Below are positions 19,162 through 29,417 of a stretch of DNA of 64,000 nucleotides, piece after piece. This DNA is from Bacteroidales bacterium (GTDB lineage Bacteria; Bacteroidota; Bacteroidia; Bacteroidales; VadinHA17). Location: positions 2,938-66,937 of the forward strand of contig JANYIW010000100.1 of assembly GCA_025358645.1 (NCBI GenBank). The letters are read 5' to 3'. The notes beneath the pieces are model-generated. The model ran no database searches, had not been told where the DNA came from, and worked only from the letters and a program-made list of their open reading frames with translations. Position 1 is the first letter of the stretch. Every line of letters starts with the position of its first letter. The translations under genes were made by a program, and so were the position numbers.

Positions 19162-19863
19162 ATGAGTTTTCTGTATGATTTTTGGGACGATTTCATCAGT
19201 CTTTTATTTCCGAGGCTGTGCTATGCCTGCGGGAACCACCTTTTGAGGAATGAAAATCTGATATGTACAGAATGTTATGTAGTTATTCCACGAACAAATT
19301 ATCATTGCAAAGAGGATAACCCGGTTGCACAACTCTTCTGGGGAAGATGTGTGATCGAAAAAGCTGCAGCTTTTTCGTATTACAATAAAGGCAGTCGTAT
19401 CGGAAACCTGATTCATAATCTGAAGTACAAGGGAATCAGGGAGATAGGGCATGAGCTTGGCAGAATATATGGATTAACTCTTAAAGCATCAGGTTTTACC
19501 AAAGATATTGACCTGATAATTCCGGTTCCCCTTCATCCGACGAAAGAACGTACCCGCGGTTTCAATCAGAGTGAAACTATATCAATGGGTATTGGAGCTG
19601 CAACCCTTTTGCCCGTTGATGTTAAAACCCTTGCAAGAATAATGGCTTCACCAACACAGACAAAACGGTCACGGTATGAAAGGTGGACTAATGTTGAGGG
19701 CATATTCAAGGTGACAGATCCTCAAACAATAATCGGTAAGCATGTTTTGCTTGTTGATGACGTCATAACTACAGGGTCAACAATTGAGTCATGCACAAAT
19801 GAACTTCTAAAGATTGAAGGAGTTAAGGTAAGTGTTGTGGCATTGGCATTCGCAGTAGTATAA
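19162..19863 (+). CDS. comF: ComF-family phosphoribosyltransferase-domain protein
   Basis: 233 aa with N-terminal Cys pairs (CYACG...CTEC) and the PRTase motif VLLVDDVITTGSTI. Confidence 0.8.
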   Translation: MSFLYDFWDDFISLLFPRLCYACGNHLLRNENLICTECYVVIPRTNYHCKEDNPVAQLFWGRCVIEKAAAFSYYNKGSRIGNLIHNLKYKGIREIGHELGRIYGLTLKASGFTKDIDLIIPVPLHPTKERTRGFNQSETISMGIGAATLLPVDVKTLARIMASPTQTKRSRYERWTNVEGIFKVTDPQTIIGKHVLLVDDVITTGSTIESCTNELLKIEGVKVSVVALAFAVV

Positions 19864-19868
19864 GCGAC

Positions 19869-20441
19869 TTATTCCCCCTTCGTTTTTACTCTTTTGGGGT
19901 TTTTATTCATGAAGTCTTTCCAACTGTTGTATGCTTTTTCCTGCATTGGTTTATTCGTCTGGTAGAAATGGCAAAGAGCAGCAGCAAGCCCATCAGTTGC
20001 ATCCAGTTTTATTTCTTTCAGATTGAACTTTAGGATATTCATCAGCATTGCAGCTACCTGTTCTTTTGATGCCGCACCCTGACCGGTAATAGATAATTTG
20101 ATCTTTCTGGGAGCATACTCAAATATTGGTAATGAGCGCGTAAGCGCCGCTGCAATAGCTGCTCCCTGAGCCCTGCCAAGTTTTAGCATTGACTGAACAT
20201 TTTTACCATAGAAGGGCGCTTCTATTGCCAATTCATCAGGATGATATTCATCGATAATTAAGATGGTTCTTTCGAATATATGTTTCAATTTAAGATAATG
20301 ATCATCATACTTTGAGAGATCGATAGAACCGATAGTTATAAGTTCTGGCGTTGAACCGGATGTTTTTATGACTCCATACCCTGTGATACTGGTACCAGGA
20401 TCAATACCCAGAATTATTCTCTCCTTCGGTTTGACTTTCAA
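19869..20441 (-). CDS. ruvC: Holliday junction resolvase RuvC
   Basis: 190 aa with ILGIDPGTSITGYG. There is no in-frame ATG before the catalytic block, so the TTG start at 20441 is plausible. Confidence 0.85.
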   Translation of the reverse strand: MKVKPKERIILGIDPGTSITGYGVIKTSGSTPELITIGSIDLSKYDDHYLKLKHIFERTILIIDEYHPDELAIEAPFYGKNVQSMLKLGRAQGAAIAAALTRSLPIFEYAPRKIKLSITGQGAASKEQVAAMLMNILKFNLKEIKLDATDGLAAALCHFYQTNKPMQEKAYNSWKDFMNKNPKRVKTKGE

Positions 20442-20515
20442 TTTGTATTTAGGTTGTATAAAATTAAAATAACAGTTGTGCCTGGGAAAAGGTTTAAAAG
20501 TACCAATACACGAAG

Positions 20516-21817
20516 TTATTTAATAATTATATACGCATTATTATTCTTTTCGGGTTTTTCAGAAAATATAGCTGATGGTTTATGAGCAACAGACAATCCT
20601 CTTGCTGAAACAGCTCCGTGTTCCAGATAATATATTGATTCCTTAAGGCATGCCTCATTTCTGTCATTCCAGTCACGGGTAAAATCATCAGGCACATATT
20701 TTTCGGGTGCAATTCCCTTATAAAAATCGCCAAAATCTGCAGAATTAACCACATTAAAAGTTATTGGCCAAAAAACATACTTGGTTTTGTATTGAAATCC
20801 ACTCATGCCAACAGGTTTCCCGTTTGTAGTATCTCCTATAGTTTTGACAACACCGAGAACAGGTTTGAGACCATTTATAAAATCTTCACTGGCAGATGCC
20901 GTTCCTCTGGTAGTGATTACAATTAATTTTTTAAGACTCAAAGGGAAAGGTGCCGTATTGAAATTATAGGGTATGTTATATCCTGAATTCTTATCATTAA
21001 AGGTTAACTTAAGAAATGGAGTATTAAATTTGGCCGAACCTGCAACGTATGTAGCCATATTCTGGAGGACACTGAGATCTCCTCCTCCGTTGTATCTTAA
21101 ATCGACTATCAGATCTGTAATGTTACTTTGACTAAAAAAGGCAAATGCAGTTTGCAATTCAAGGTTTGATGGCGGAATAAACTGGTCAAAAACAAGGTGG
21201 CCTGTTATTCCGGATTTAAGATGAAGCGTATCTGCACGAATGACGGTATTCAAAATAAAAGCGGCTTTTGTGGAAGCAATTGTGGAATCTTTTCCTGCGG
21301 GCGTCTGAAAGAGAAACGTGTTGGTTATACCTGCCTGAGACTGACCAATCAGCTGGTTATATGCAGTTCCATCCTGGGCAATAAATATTGGCGCCAGATT
21401 TGTCCCATTGAGCTTTTTCACAATCCATCCTCTGCGTACACCATTAAGATATAATGGTGAATTATTGTAAATCGAGACAATTCTTACCTGATTTTCCGGA
21501 TCAAGTCCCATGCTAATCCCATGTCCGACAAAACTTCCATGACTAAAAGCCAGATACTCATCATAGGTTTGCATAAAACTCCATCTGTCGAGGGTCTTAT
21601 ATTCCATCGCCTTCAAAAGTTCATAAGGGGTTTTATAGTCTGTTTTAACTACAACAGGCATAAGATTATACCAAAGATAAAATTGATTCATTAGAGCATA
21701 AAGAGAATCTCTTGCCTGTTCATCATCTGTTGGTGGAGCGACTACGGGGGGGACATCTTTTTTACAATAACTAAATCCCAGTATAGTAAGAATGAGTATA
21801 AAAATCAGCTTTTTCAT
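20516..21817 (-). CDS. S41-family peptidase-like lipoprotein
   Basis: 433 aa with a lipobox (LGFSYC) and the S41-like blocks DLRYNGGG and RGTASASEDF. Confidence 0.65.
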   Translation of the reverse strand: MKKLIFILILTILGFSYCKKDVPPVVAPPTDDEQARDSLYALMNQFYLWYNLMPVVVKTDYKTPYELLKAMEYKTLDRWSFMQTYDEYLAFSHGSFVGHGISMGLDPENQVRIVSIYNNSPLYLNGVRRGWIVKKLNGTNLAPIFIAQDGTAYNQLIGQSQAGITNTFLFQTPAGKDSTIASTKAAFILNTVIRADTLHLKSGITGHLVFDQFIPPSNLELQTAFAFFSQSNITDLIVDLRYNGGGDLSVLQNMATYVAGSAKFNTPFLKLTFNDKNSGYNIPYNFNTAPFPLSLKKLIVITTRGTASASEDFINGLKPVLGVVKTIGDTTNGKPVGMSGFQYKTKYVFWPITFNVVNSADFGDFYKGIAPEKYVPDDFTRDWNDRNEACLKESIYYLEHGAVSARGLSVAHKPSAIFSEKPEKNNNAYIIIK

Positions 21818-21849
21818 ATTTTTAATTATATTGTAATTACATATAACAA

Positions 21850-22740
21850 TTAAAGAGGGGTTTTTGATCGCTTGTTTTGTATAAAGATACCTGAAATGAT
21901 CATTACTAATCCCAAAGGGGTAGTATAATAAACGGGTTCATGAAGAATATAGTGTACAAAAACGAGGGAAAGAAAAGGAGCCAGATAAACCAGGTTACTT
22001 ACTTTCGCGGTGGTAGAAGCCATCTTAAGCGCTTTTAACCAGAATAGGAATGATATTCCCATTTCAAATATGCCAACATAGACTGATGCAATTGCTCCAA
22101 TGAATCCTGTTTCAAATTGCCACATCCCCGTAATTATCATTGCTATAATAAGATAGATGGAACCGAAAACAAAATTAATCAGAAGTTTAACTCCTTCATC
22201 TCTTTTATCTTGTACATTAAGGATAAAATAGAAGGCCCAGAAGACTGAACTCCCTGTGGCGAGAAGAACACCTGTAAGGTGCGAATGGAATGGTTTAAAA
22301 AGGCTACCCTGGGATGAGATGATATAAACTCCTGTAAAGCTGACAAACAGAGCTATAAAACTTTTTCTTTCAATTTTTTGTCCTAGAATTAACACTGAAA
22401 GAAAAACGAGTATTATCGGCCATATCATATTCAGTGGCTGGGCGACCTGTGCAGGAAGCAGTTGGTAAGCTTTAAGTAGAATAAGATAATAGAGAAATGG
22501 ATTTATGAACCCAAGAATTGCTGAGTTTAAAAGTTCTTTCGGGGTGGTTAATCTGATGAGATGAACCTTTTTCCCTGCTAAAACAACAATAAGTAATACC
22601 AGGGTTGATGTGAGAGAGGCAATCGTAAGCATCGGAAGAATATCGAGTTCCCTGAGGCTGATCTTAAATGCAGTAGGCACTGTTGACCATAACAGGATAG
22701 CCAATCCGGCGTATATATAAGATTGTCGGGACTTATCCAT
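21850..22740 (-). CDS. EamA/DMT-superfamily transporter
   Basis: 296 aa with about 10 hydrophobic segments arranged as two EamA-like halves. Confidence 0.75.
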   Translation of the reverse strand: MDKSRQSYIYAGLAILLWSTVPTAFKISLRELDILPMLTIASLTSTLVLLIVVLAGKKVHLIRLTTPKELLNSAILGFINPFLYYLILLKAYQLLPAQVAQPLNMIWPIILVFLSVLILGQKIERKSFIALFVSFTGVYIISSQGSLFKPFHSHLTGVLLATGSSVFWAFYFILNVQDKRDEGVKLLINFVFGSIYLIIAMIITGMWQFETGFIGAIASVYVGIFEMGISFLFWLKALKMASTTAKVSNLVYLAPFLSLVFVHYILHEPVYYTTPLGLVMIISGIFIQNKRSKTPL

Positions 22741-22790
22741 TATTCACCTGGCGTCTTTTGCACCTCTTTGCGCACTTTACGGTTGTAGAT

Positions 22791-24065
22791 TTAATTAATA
22801 ATATCAAATCCTGTATATGGAATCAGCGCCTTAGGTATCTTAATACCCGATCCGGTCTGATTATTTTCAAGAATGGCAGCGACAATTCTTGGCAGGGCAA
22901 GCGCACTTCCATTAAGTGTATGAACGAGTCGGGTCTGTTTATCTCCTTTTTCTTTAAACCTGCATTTCAACCTATTAGCCTGAAAAGATTCAAAATTTGA
23001 TACGGAACTTACTTCAAGCCAGCGTTTCTGCGCCGCAGACCAGACTTCAAAATCGTATGTCAGGGCAGAGGTAAACGACATATCTCCCCCACAAAGTTTG
23101 AGTATGCGAAATGGCAGTTCAAGTTTTGATACAAGGTTTTCGACATGATTTACCATCTCTTCAAGAGACTCATAAGAATGATCGGGGTGGGCAATCCTTA
23201 CTATCTCAACTTTATCAAACTGATGAAGACGGTTCAGTCCTCTGACATGAGCTCCCCATGAACCTGCTTCTCTTCTGAAACAGGGAGTATATGCAATATT
23301 CTTAATCGGAAGCTTATCTGCATTCAGGATTACATCCCTGTAAATATTTGTTACCGGTACTTCCGCTGTTGGTATAAGATAAAAATTATCCAATGTTGCA
23401 TGATACATTTGTCCTTCTTTATCGGGCAGCTGACCAGTTCCAAAGCCGGAATCTTCATTAACCATAAGTGGCGGCATCACCTCCAGGTAGCCGGCTTTTT
23501 CTCCTTCATCGAGAAAGAAACTGATGAGAGCCCTTTGCAGTTTTGCACCTTTCCCTTTGTAAACCGGAAATCCTGCACCTGTAAGTTTAATACCCAGATC
23601 AAAATCAATAATATCATATTTCTTAATCAGATCCCAGTGGGGGAGTGCTGTTTCAGAAACAACCGGCATGATTCCACCTTCTCTTACCTTTATATTATCG
23701 TCAGCTCCATGACCTCCCGGAACAGATTCGTGCGGCAGGTTTGGAAGTCTTATAATCTCATTTCTCAGGTCAATATCGATAGGAACCAGTTTATCGGTAA
23801 GGACCTTGATTTCTTCTTTAAGCGAATACGTTGCTTCCTTTGAAGCATTAGCTTCATCCCGTTTTCCATCCTTCATCAGAGAGCCTATCTCTTTGGAGAT
23901 ACGGTTCATTTCTCCCTGCAGTAAATCAGTTTTTGATTGTATTTCTCTTCGTGAAGAATCGAGTTTAAGAATTTTGTTAATTATTTCCTCTGCTTCAAAG
24001 TTTTTAACTTTCAACCTTTCAATAATAAATTCTCTCTTTTCGCGGATAAGGTTTATTGGTAACAT
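22791..24065 (-). CDS. serS: Seryl-tRNA synthetase
   Basis: 424 aa with an N-terminal coiled-coil arm and class II motifs (CFRREAGS, TLNGSALALPR). Confidence 0.95.
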   Translation of the reverse strand: MLPINLIREKREFIIERLKVKNFEAEEIINKILKLDSSRREIQSKTDLLQGEMNRISKEIGSLMKDGKRDEANASKEATYSLKEEIKVLTDKLVPIDIDLRNEIIRLPNLPHESVPGGHGADDNIKVREGGIMPVVSETALPHWDLIKKYDIIDFDLGIKLTGAGFPVYKGKGAKLQRALISFFLDEGEKAGYLEVMPPLMVNEDSGFGTGQLPDKEGQMYHATLDNFYLIPTAEVPVTNIYRDVILNADKLPIKNIAYTPCFRREAGSWGAHVRGLNRLHQFDKVEIVRIAHPDHSYESLEEMVNHVENLVSKLELPFRILKLCGGDMSFTSALTYDFEVWSAAQKRWLEVSSVSNFESFQANRLKCRFKEKGDKQTRLVHTLNGSALALPRIVAAILENNQTGSGIKIPKALIPYTGFDIIN

Positions 24066-24083
24066 AAGCAGTTATGAATTAAT

Positions 24084-24109
24084 AAAAAAAGCAGGCGATG
24101 CAGCCTGCT
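24084..24109 (-). terminator. Rho-independent terminator after rplU-rpmA
   Basis: Minus strand reads AGCAGGC-tgcatc-GCCTGCT followed by TTTTTTT. It ends 19 nt upstream of the serS start codon. Confidence 0.7.
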
Positions 24110-24190
24110 GTAAAAATATTAAAAAACTCCCGATAATGCTTTCCTGTAGGAGAAAAGAATTTCAGGAGTCTGATTCTTTAAGATAATCTC

Positions 24191-24451
24191 TTATTCAGTT
24201 ACCGGCTTAACCGATACATAAGTCTTATTATCTTTTTTCCTTTTGAACTCGACTTCTCCTGCAGCAAGTGCAAAAAGTGTATGATCTTTTCCGAGTCCGA
24301 CATTAAGTCCCGGATTATGTTTTGTTCCTCTCTGGCGAACAATAATGTTGCCTGCTTTAGCTACCTGGCCGCCGAAGAGTTTCACTCCCAATCGTTTACT
24401 TTCCGAATCGCGACCGTTACGTGAACTACCCGCCCCTTTCTTGTGTGCCAT
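24191..24451 (-). CDS. rpmA: 50S ribosomal protein L27
   Basis: 86 aa starting [16 protein letters not shown]. Confidence 0.97.
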   Translation of the reverse strand: MAHKKGAGSSRNGRDSESKRLGVKLFGGQVAKAGNIIVRQRGTKHNPGLNVGLGKDHTLFALAAGEVEFKRKKDNKTYVSVKPVTE

Positions 24452-24490
24452 AATTTTATATTTTTATTTTCTTAAACTTTCAATTAATTA

Positions 24491-25015
24491 TTATTTGCTT
24501 TTCGCTGTTTTCTTTGCAGCAGGCTTTTTCACAGCCGGTTTCTTTTCTGCAACTTTTTTTACTGTTTTCTTTACAGGAGCTTCTTTTTTCGCAGCAACGG
24601 GTTTCTTAGCAGCTTTCTTTCCCTTTGTGGTTTCTTCATCCACAGTGGTACCAGCTACTTTAGATTCTGCCTTTTTCGTTACAGCTTTTTTTGGTGAACT
24701 TTTACCGTTTATGCTTATGATTTCAACTTCAGTGAAGTTCTGACGGTGCCCGTTTTTAACTCTGTAACCTTTTTTTCTTTTTTTCTTGAAAACAATTACC
24801 TTATCACCTCTAACCTGATTGTCGAGAATCTTTCCTCCGATAACAGCGTCTTTAATTGTAGGTTCTCCGATGGTTATTTTACCTTCATCCTCTATTAAAA
24901 GTACCTTGTCAAATTCGACTTCTTTTCCCTCTTCAAATTCCAGCCTGTGAACAAAAATCTTCTTGCCGTGCTCAACTTTAAACTGCTGACCTGCAATTTC
25001 TACGATTGCGTACAT
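24491..25015 (-). CDS. rplU: 50S ribosomal protein L21 with a ~70-aa Lys/Ala/Pro-rich C-terminal extension
   Basis: 174 aa. The N-terminal ~103 aa are canonical L21 (MYAIVEIAGQQFKV...). The tail is KKAAKKPVAAKKEAPVKKTVKKVAEKKPAVKKPAAKKTAKSK. Confidence 0.9.
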   Translation of the reverse strand: MYAIVEIAGQQFKVEHGKKIFVHRLEFEEGKEVEFDKVLLIEDEGKITIGEPTIKDAVIGGKILDNQVRGDKVIVFKKKRKKGYRVKNGHRQNFTEVEIISINGKSSPKKAVTKKAESKVAGTTVDEETTKGKKAAKKPVAAKKEAPVKKTVKKVAEKKPAVKKPAAKKTAKSK

Positions 25016-25109
25016 CTTATCTATTTTTTACGTTACTCCGTGAGGCGTATATAATCATTCGATCGTATAGCTTTCTGTTGCCCCTGTGGATTTATCCAAA
25101 ATTGGACTG

Positions 25110-25117
25110 CAAAGATA
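25110..25117 (-). promoter_or_regulatory. -7 promoter box for rplU-rpmA
   Basis: Minus strand reads TATCTTTG, about 95 nt upstream of the rplU ATG. Confidence 0.4.
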
Positions 25118-25298
25118 TGAAAATTAGATTATTTTCAAACCAATAGGGCTAATTTTTTATAGCCACTTACTAATTAGTGATCAGATAGTCTGAACTTCCT
25201 GTATTTCCTGAGATAATGAATGAACAAAGAAGAGGGTTTTATTGTAAAGATGTTGATAAAAAGAATATTCTCACTATTAGTGTTAGTTCGAATATCTT

Positions 25299-25306
25299 TA
25301 TATTTG
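25299..25306 (+). promoter_or_regulatory. -7 promoter box upstream of the DUF151 nuclease gene
   Basis: TATATTTG ends 48 nt before ATG 25355. Confidence 0.35.
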
Positions 25307-25354
25307 CCAGATGCAACAAAAACCGGTTATTTCTTTGGCTCATAAACAATTGAT

Positions 25355-25951
25355 ATGAAGAGAGTAAAGCTAAAAGTAATGGGGATTTCATACAGCCAGA
25401 CTCAATCCGGAGCTTATGCTTTGATATTGATAGAGGAAAACGGAGAGAGAAGGATACCTATTATTATAGGGGGCTTTGAAGCACAGGCAATTGTAATAAA
25501 ACTTGAGAATCTGGATCCTCCGCGTCCATTAACTCATGACCTTTTTAAAAAATTTGCTGATGAATTTAACATATCGGTTATTGAGGTTATGATTTACAAA
25601 CTCGAAGAAGGTGTATTCTTCTCAAAGCTTGTTTGTAATAATGGAGAAAAGGAATATTCAATAGACAGCCGAACATCCGATGCTGTTGCAATTGCGTTGA
25701 GATTTGGTTGTCCTATATATATAACAGAAGAAATCCTTAAGAAAGCAGGTATAACAGTTAATCCTGCGGATAGCGAAATATCACCTGTTAATGAAGTTGA
25801 AAGTTTTTTCGAAGCTGAAAATACCAAATATGGTACTTTTTCTGACGAGGAACTCTATAAAATGATCGATGAAGCCATCAAGACCGAGGACTATGAACGT
25901 GCTGCAGCTGTGCGGGATGAGATCGATAAAAGAAAGAAAAAAAAGCTATAA
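25355..25951 (+). CDS. Bifunctional nuclease family protein (DUF151) with a C-terminal UVR motif
   Basis: 198 aa. N-terminal block resembles ...RIPIIIGGFEAQAI...RPLTHDL; C-terminal block EDYERAAAVRDEIDKRK. Confidence 0.75.
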   Translation: MKRVKLKVMGISYSQTQSGAYALILIEENGERRIPIIIGGFEAQAIVIKLENLDPPRPLTHDLFKKFADEFNISVIEVMIYKLEEGVFFSKLVCNNGEKEYSIDSRTSDAVAIALRFGCPIYITEEILKKAGITVNPADSEISPVNEVESFFEAENTKYGTFSDEELYKMIDEAIKTEDYERAAAVRDEIDKRKKKKL

Positions 25952-25995
25952 CCAGTTAATCAGAATTTTGAAATAATAATTATAAATTTTCCAGA

Positions 25996-27942
25996 ATGAA
26001 AAGAACATTATTATGGGCTCTTTTATCTGTGCTGACTGTATCTTATTCAATTGCAAAAGAGTATAAGGTCAGTTCGCCCGATGGTAAAATCTCACTGACA
26101 GTAAGTGTGGGAACTGATATAAAATGGTATGCTACGCGTGAAGGTAAAGAGATAATAAACAATTCAAAAATCGCAATGATCCTTGCAAACGGAATGGTGC
26201 TTGGAGAAAATGAAAAGATAAGAAAAGTAGTATTCAGCAAGCTGAATGATATAATCAAACCGGTGGTGGCAAATAAAAAATCAGAGATCAATGATAACTG
26301 CAATATCCTGACAATCACTTTCAATTCAGAATTTTCTCTTCAGTTCAAAGCTTACAACGATGGCGTTGCTTACAGATTTGTAACCTCATTGAAAGATGAG
26401 ATCACTATAAAAAATGAAATCTCTGAATTTATTTTCCCGCTGGGATCACACTCATGGTATCCACTTGAGACCAGTTTTATGTCGCATAACGAGAGGACAT
26501 TTATCTATTCTACCCTCGACACAATTGTCGATAAACATCTTGCCAGTCTGCCTACCCTTTTCCAGATAAACGGTGTTGATGTGCTGGTTACCGAATCTGA
26601 TATTGAGGATTACCCGGGTATGTGGCTTGTTGGCGGAGGATCAGGAAAAATATCTGGTACATGGTCAAGATATCCTGAAACTGAGAAGCTTACCGGCGAT
26701 CGTGACTTGCATATAGCAAGTACAAAAGATTATATAGCAAAAACAAAAGGTACACGTACATTTCCGTGGAGAGCATTTGTAATCGCTTCAAATGATGCTA
26801 AATTACTTGAGAGTGATCTGGTTTTCAAGCTTGCACAGCCCAACAAAATAGCAGATACAAAATGGATAAAACCGGGACATGTAGCATGGGACTGGTGGAA
26901 TGCAAACAATTTGTATGGTGTTGATTTCAGAGCAGGTATTAACAACGACACTTATAAATATTATATTGATTTTGCTTCTAAGAACAAGATAGAATATATC
27001 ATTCTCGATGAAGGCTGGTATAAATCCGGTACAGTTTTGGAATCAATACCTGAAATTAATATCACCGAACTTTGCCAATATGCTGAAAAGAAACATGTTG
27101 GAGTTATCCTATGGGTCGTATGGAAAACATTCTGGGATAAAATTGATGAGGCAGTAGCTCTTTATGAGAAATGGGGTGTAAAAGGTGTTAAAGTCGATTT
27201 TATGCAGAGGGATGATCAGAAAGTTGTTAATTTTTACCTCGAAGCTGCAAGGAAAACTGCAGAACATCATCTGCTGATTGATTTCCATGGGGCATATAAA
27301 CCTGATGGTATTGGACGTACCTGGCCAAATGCTCTAACTCGTGAAGGGGTAAAAGGAATGGAGAATGATAAATGGAGCAAAGATATTAATCCGGATCATG
27401 ATGTAACAATCCCGTTTACACGAATGGTGGCGGGTCCGATGGATTATACCCCGGGGGCTATGGTAAATATGGACAAAGCCAATTTTAGCCCAAATTTTAC
27501 TCGTCCTCAGAGCCAGGGAACAAGAGCACACCAGGTTGCATTGTACATAATTTATGAAAGTCCATTGCAGATGCTCTCAGACAGCCCTTCCAACTATATG
27601 AAAGAACAGGAATCAACCGATTATATTGTGAATATTCCTGTTGTTTGGGATGATATTATTGGCATTGATGGTAAAGTTGGCGATTATCTATTGCTGGCAA
27701 GAAGATCAGGAAAAGATTGGTTTGTAGGAGCACTTACAGACTGGACAAGTCGCGATATGGACCTCGATCTTTCATTTCTCCCAGTCGGAAAATACTCTAT
27801 GGATATATTTCAGGACGGAGTTAATGCCGACAGGTATGCAGAGGATTATAAACATCTGAAAACCAATGTAAAGTCGGGAGATAAGATGAAAATTCATCTC
27901 GCGCCAGGTGGCGGATGGGCAGCAAAAATTTCTCCCGAATAA
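25996..27942 (+). CDS. Glycoside hydrolase family 97 (SusB-like alpha-glucosidase)
   Basis: 648 aa with a signal peptide and GH97-like blocks HVAWDWWN, GVKGVKVDFM, TREGVKGMEN. Confidence 0.8.
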   Translation: MKRTLLWALLSVLTVSYSIAKEYKVSSPDGKISLTVSVGTDIKWYATREGKEIINNSKIAMILANGMVLGENEKIRKVVFSKLNDIIKPVVANKKSEINDNCNILTITFNSEFSLQFKAYNDGVAYRFVTSLKDEITIKNEISEFIFPLGSHSWYPLETSFMSHNERTFIYSTLDTIVDKHLASLPTLFQINGVDVLVTESDIEDYPGMWLVGGGSGKISGTWSRYPETEKLTGDRDLHIASTKDYIAKTKGTRTFPWRAFVIASNDAKLLESDLVFKLAQPNKIADTKWIKPGHVAWDWWNANNLYGVDFRAGINNDTYKYYIDFASKNKIEYIILDEGWYKSGTVLESIPEINITELCQYAEKKHVGVILWVVWKTFWDKIDEAVALYEKWGVKGVKVDFMQRDDQKVVNFYLEAARKTAEHHLLIDFHGAYKPDGIGRTWPNALTREGVKGMENDKWSKDINPDHDVTIPFTRMVAGPMDYTPGAMVNMDKANFSPNFTRPQSQGTRAHQVALYIIYESPLQMLSDSPSNYMKEQESTDYIVNIPVVWDDIIGIDGKVGDYLLLARRSGKDWFVGALTDWTSRDMDLDLSFLPVGKYSMDIFQDGVNADRYAEDYKHLKTNVKSGDKMKIHLAPGGGWAAKISPE

Positions 27943-27960
27943 TAAATCCAGGTAACTCTT

Positions 27961-28755
27961 ATGAGGCAATATCTTGATCTTCTTGATCATGTAATGAAAA
28001 CCGGAACTGAAAAAAAAGACAGAACAGGCACCGGAACAATAAGTGTATTTGGTTATCAGATGAGATTTAACCTTGAAGACGGGTTTCCTCTTCTGACAAC
28101 AAAAAAGCTCCATGTCAAATCTATTATACATGAATTACTCTGGTTTATTTCTGGGAATACTAACACTAAATACCTGACTGATAATGGAGTAAAGATTTGG
28201 AACGAGTGGGCTGATAAAGATGGAAATCTTGGTCCTGTTTATGGATACCAGTGGCGTTCATGGCCTTCCAGGGATGGACAAAAGGTGGATCAACTTGGAA
28301 ACGTTATCAGCTCGATTAAGAAATCGCCTGACTCACGCAGGCATATTGTCAGCGCCTGGAATGTTGGTGAATTAGATAAAATGGCTCTTCCTCCATGTCA
28401 TATTTTATTCCAGTTCTATGTTGCAGGAGGGAGGTTATCGTGCCAGCTTTATCAGAGGAGCGCTGATATTTTTCTTGGAGTACCGTTTAATATTGCTTCC
28501 TATTCTCTGTTAACACTTATGGTAGCACAGGTTACAGGACTGAAGCCAGGAGAATTTATTCACACCCTGGGCGATGCACATATTTACCTCAATCATATTG
28601 AACAGGTAAAACTTCAACTTACACGGGAACCCTTTAGGCTGCCGGTAATGAGAATTAATCCTGAAATAACTGATATCCTCAAATTCAGTTACGAGGACTT
28701 CACTCTGTCGGATTATGTTTTCCACCCTCATATAAAAGGTGATATTTCAGTTTAA
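27961..28755 (+). CDS. thyA: Thymidylate synthase
   Basis: 264 aa with DRTGTGT and the active-site block [13 protein letters not shown]. Confidence 0.97.
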   Translation: MRQYLDLLDHVMKTGTEKKDRTGTGTISVFGYQMRFNLEDGFPLLTTKKLHVKSIIHELLWFISGNTNTKYLTDNGVKIWNEWADKDGNLGPVYGYQWRSWPSRDGQKVDQLGNVISSIKKSPDSRRHIVSAWNVGELDKMALPPCHILFQFYVAGGRLSCQLYQRSADIFLGVPFNIASYSLLTLMVAQVTGLKPGEFIHTLGDAHIYLNHIEQVKLQLTREPFRLPVMRINPEITDILKFSYEDFTLSDYVFHPHIKGDISV

Positions 28756-28765
28756 AATTTATAGT

Positions 28766-29266
28766 ATGATATCAATTATAGTTGCTGTTTCTGAAGATTG
28801 GGGAATTGGAAAGGATAATGAGCTTTTATGGCATATTTCCGAAGATCTGAAGCGGTTTAAACGGCTGACGTCAGGTAACACAGTAATTATGGGGAAAAAA
28901 ACATGGGAATCGTTACCCCTTAGGCCACTTCCGGGACGTAAGAACATTGTTCTCACTGATAACCTCCAGGAATCTATTGAAAATTCAGTAACCGCATATT
29001 CTATCGACGATGCGCTTAACAAAACTGAAAAAAATGAAGAAATATTTATAATAGGGGGAGGGAGTATTTACCGTCAGTTCATGCCGATCGCAGATCGTCT
29101 TTTTATTACACATGTTCATAGAAAAGCTCCGGCCGATATTTATTTTCCTGAAATTGACCCGGGTGTCTGGGAGATCGTAGAAAAAGAGGAGTTTAAGGCT
29201 ACCGAGACTAACGGCATTCCATACACATATATGGTATACGAAAGGAAAAATAGAATCAGGCAATAA
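28766..29266 (+). CDS. folA: Dihydrofolate reductase
   Basis: First ATG is 28766 (the track uses an upstream non-ATG at 28739). Blocks: MISIIVAVSEDWGIG, IMGKKTWESL, FIIGGGSIY. Confidence 0.9.
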   Translation: MISIIVAVSEDWGIGKDNELLWHISEDLKRFKRLTSGNTVIMGKKTWESLPLRPLPGRKNIVLTDNLQESIENSVTAYSIDDALNKTEKNEEIFIIGGGSIYRQFMPIADRLFITHVHRKAPADIYFPEIDPGVWEIVEKEEFKATETNGIPYTYMVYERKNRIRQ

Positions 29267-29417
29267 TTGATAAAACCGCTCCATGGAAGAACCGTAGAGC
29301 GGTTCCATAAAATAAAATATTCCCGATTTTAATTTATTTTTTCCTCTTCATTAAACCTTTTGGATTTTCCTTCATCTAAAAGTTGTTAATCGAATTTAAA
29401 AATTAAAATCAAGCTTT

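Noticed and set aside
24345-24743. 132-aa plus-strand ORF rich in F/A/G (FFAAGFFTAGFFSATFF...) opposite rpmA/rplU. Similar long antisense ORFs occur at 5764-6198, 8186-8548, 8922-9320, 23400-23843, 36444-36923, 39374-39808 and 34568-34975.
   Set aside because: Each lies inside or across a strongly supported conserved gene on the other strand. Their composition mirrors the sense gene: the Phe/Ala runs are the complement of Lys/Ala codons. None shows recognisable motifs, signal sequences or its own promoter.
25016-25109. About 95-nt 5' leader of rplU as a possible ribosomal-protein autoregulatory leader.
   Set aside because: I could not identify a convincing conserved stem-loop or any resemblance to a leader family I know. 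Without comparative data this is not supportable.
29274-29308. Hairpins after folA: AACCGCTC...GAGCGGTT, or the alternative GAACCG/CGGTTC.
   Set aside because: The two pairings are mutually exclusive and have long or weak loops, and there is no clear T-tract (ATAAAATAAAAT follows). This is too weak to call a terminator or a regulatory switch.
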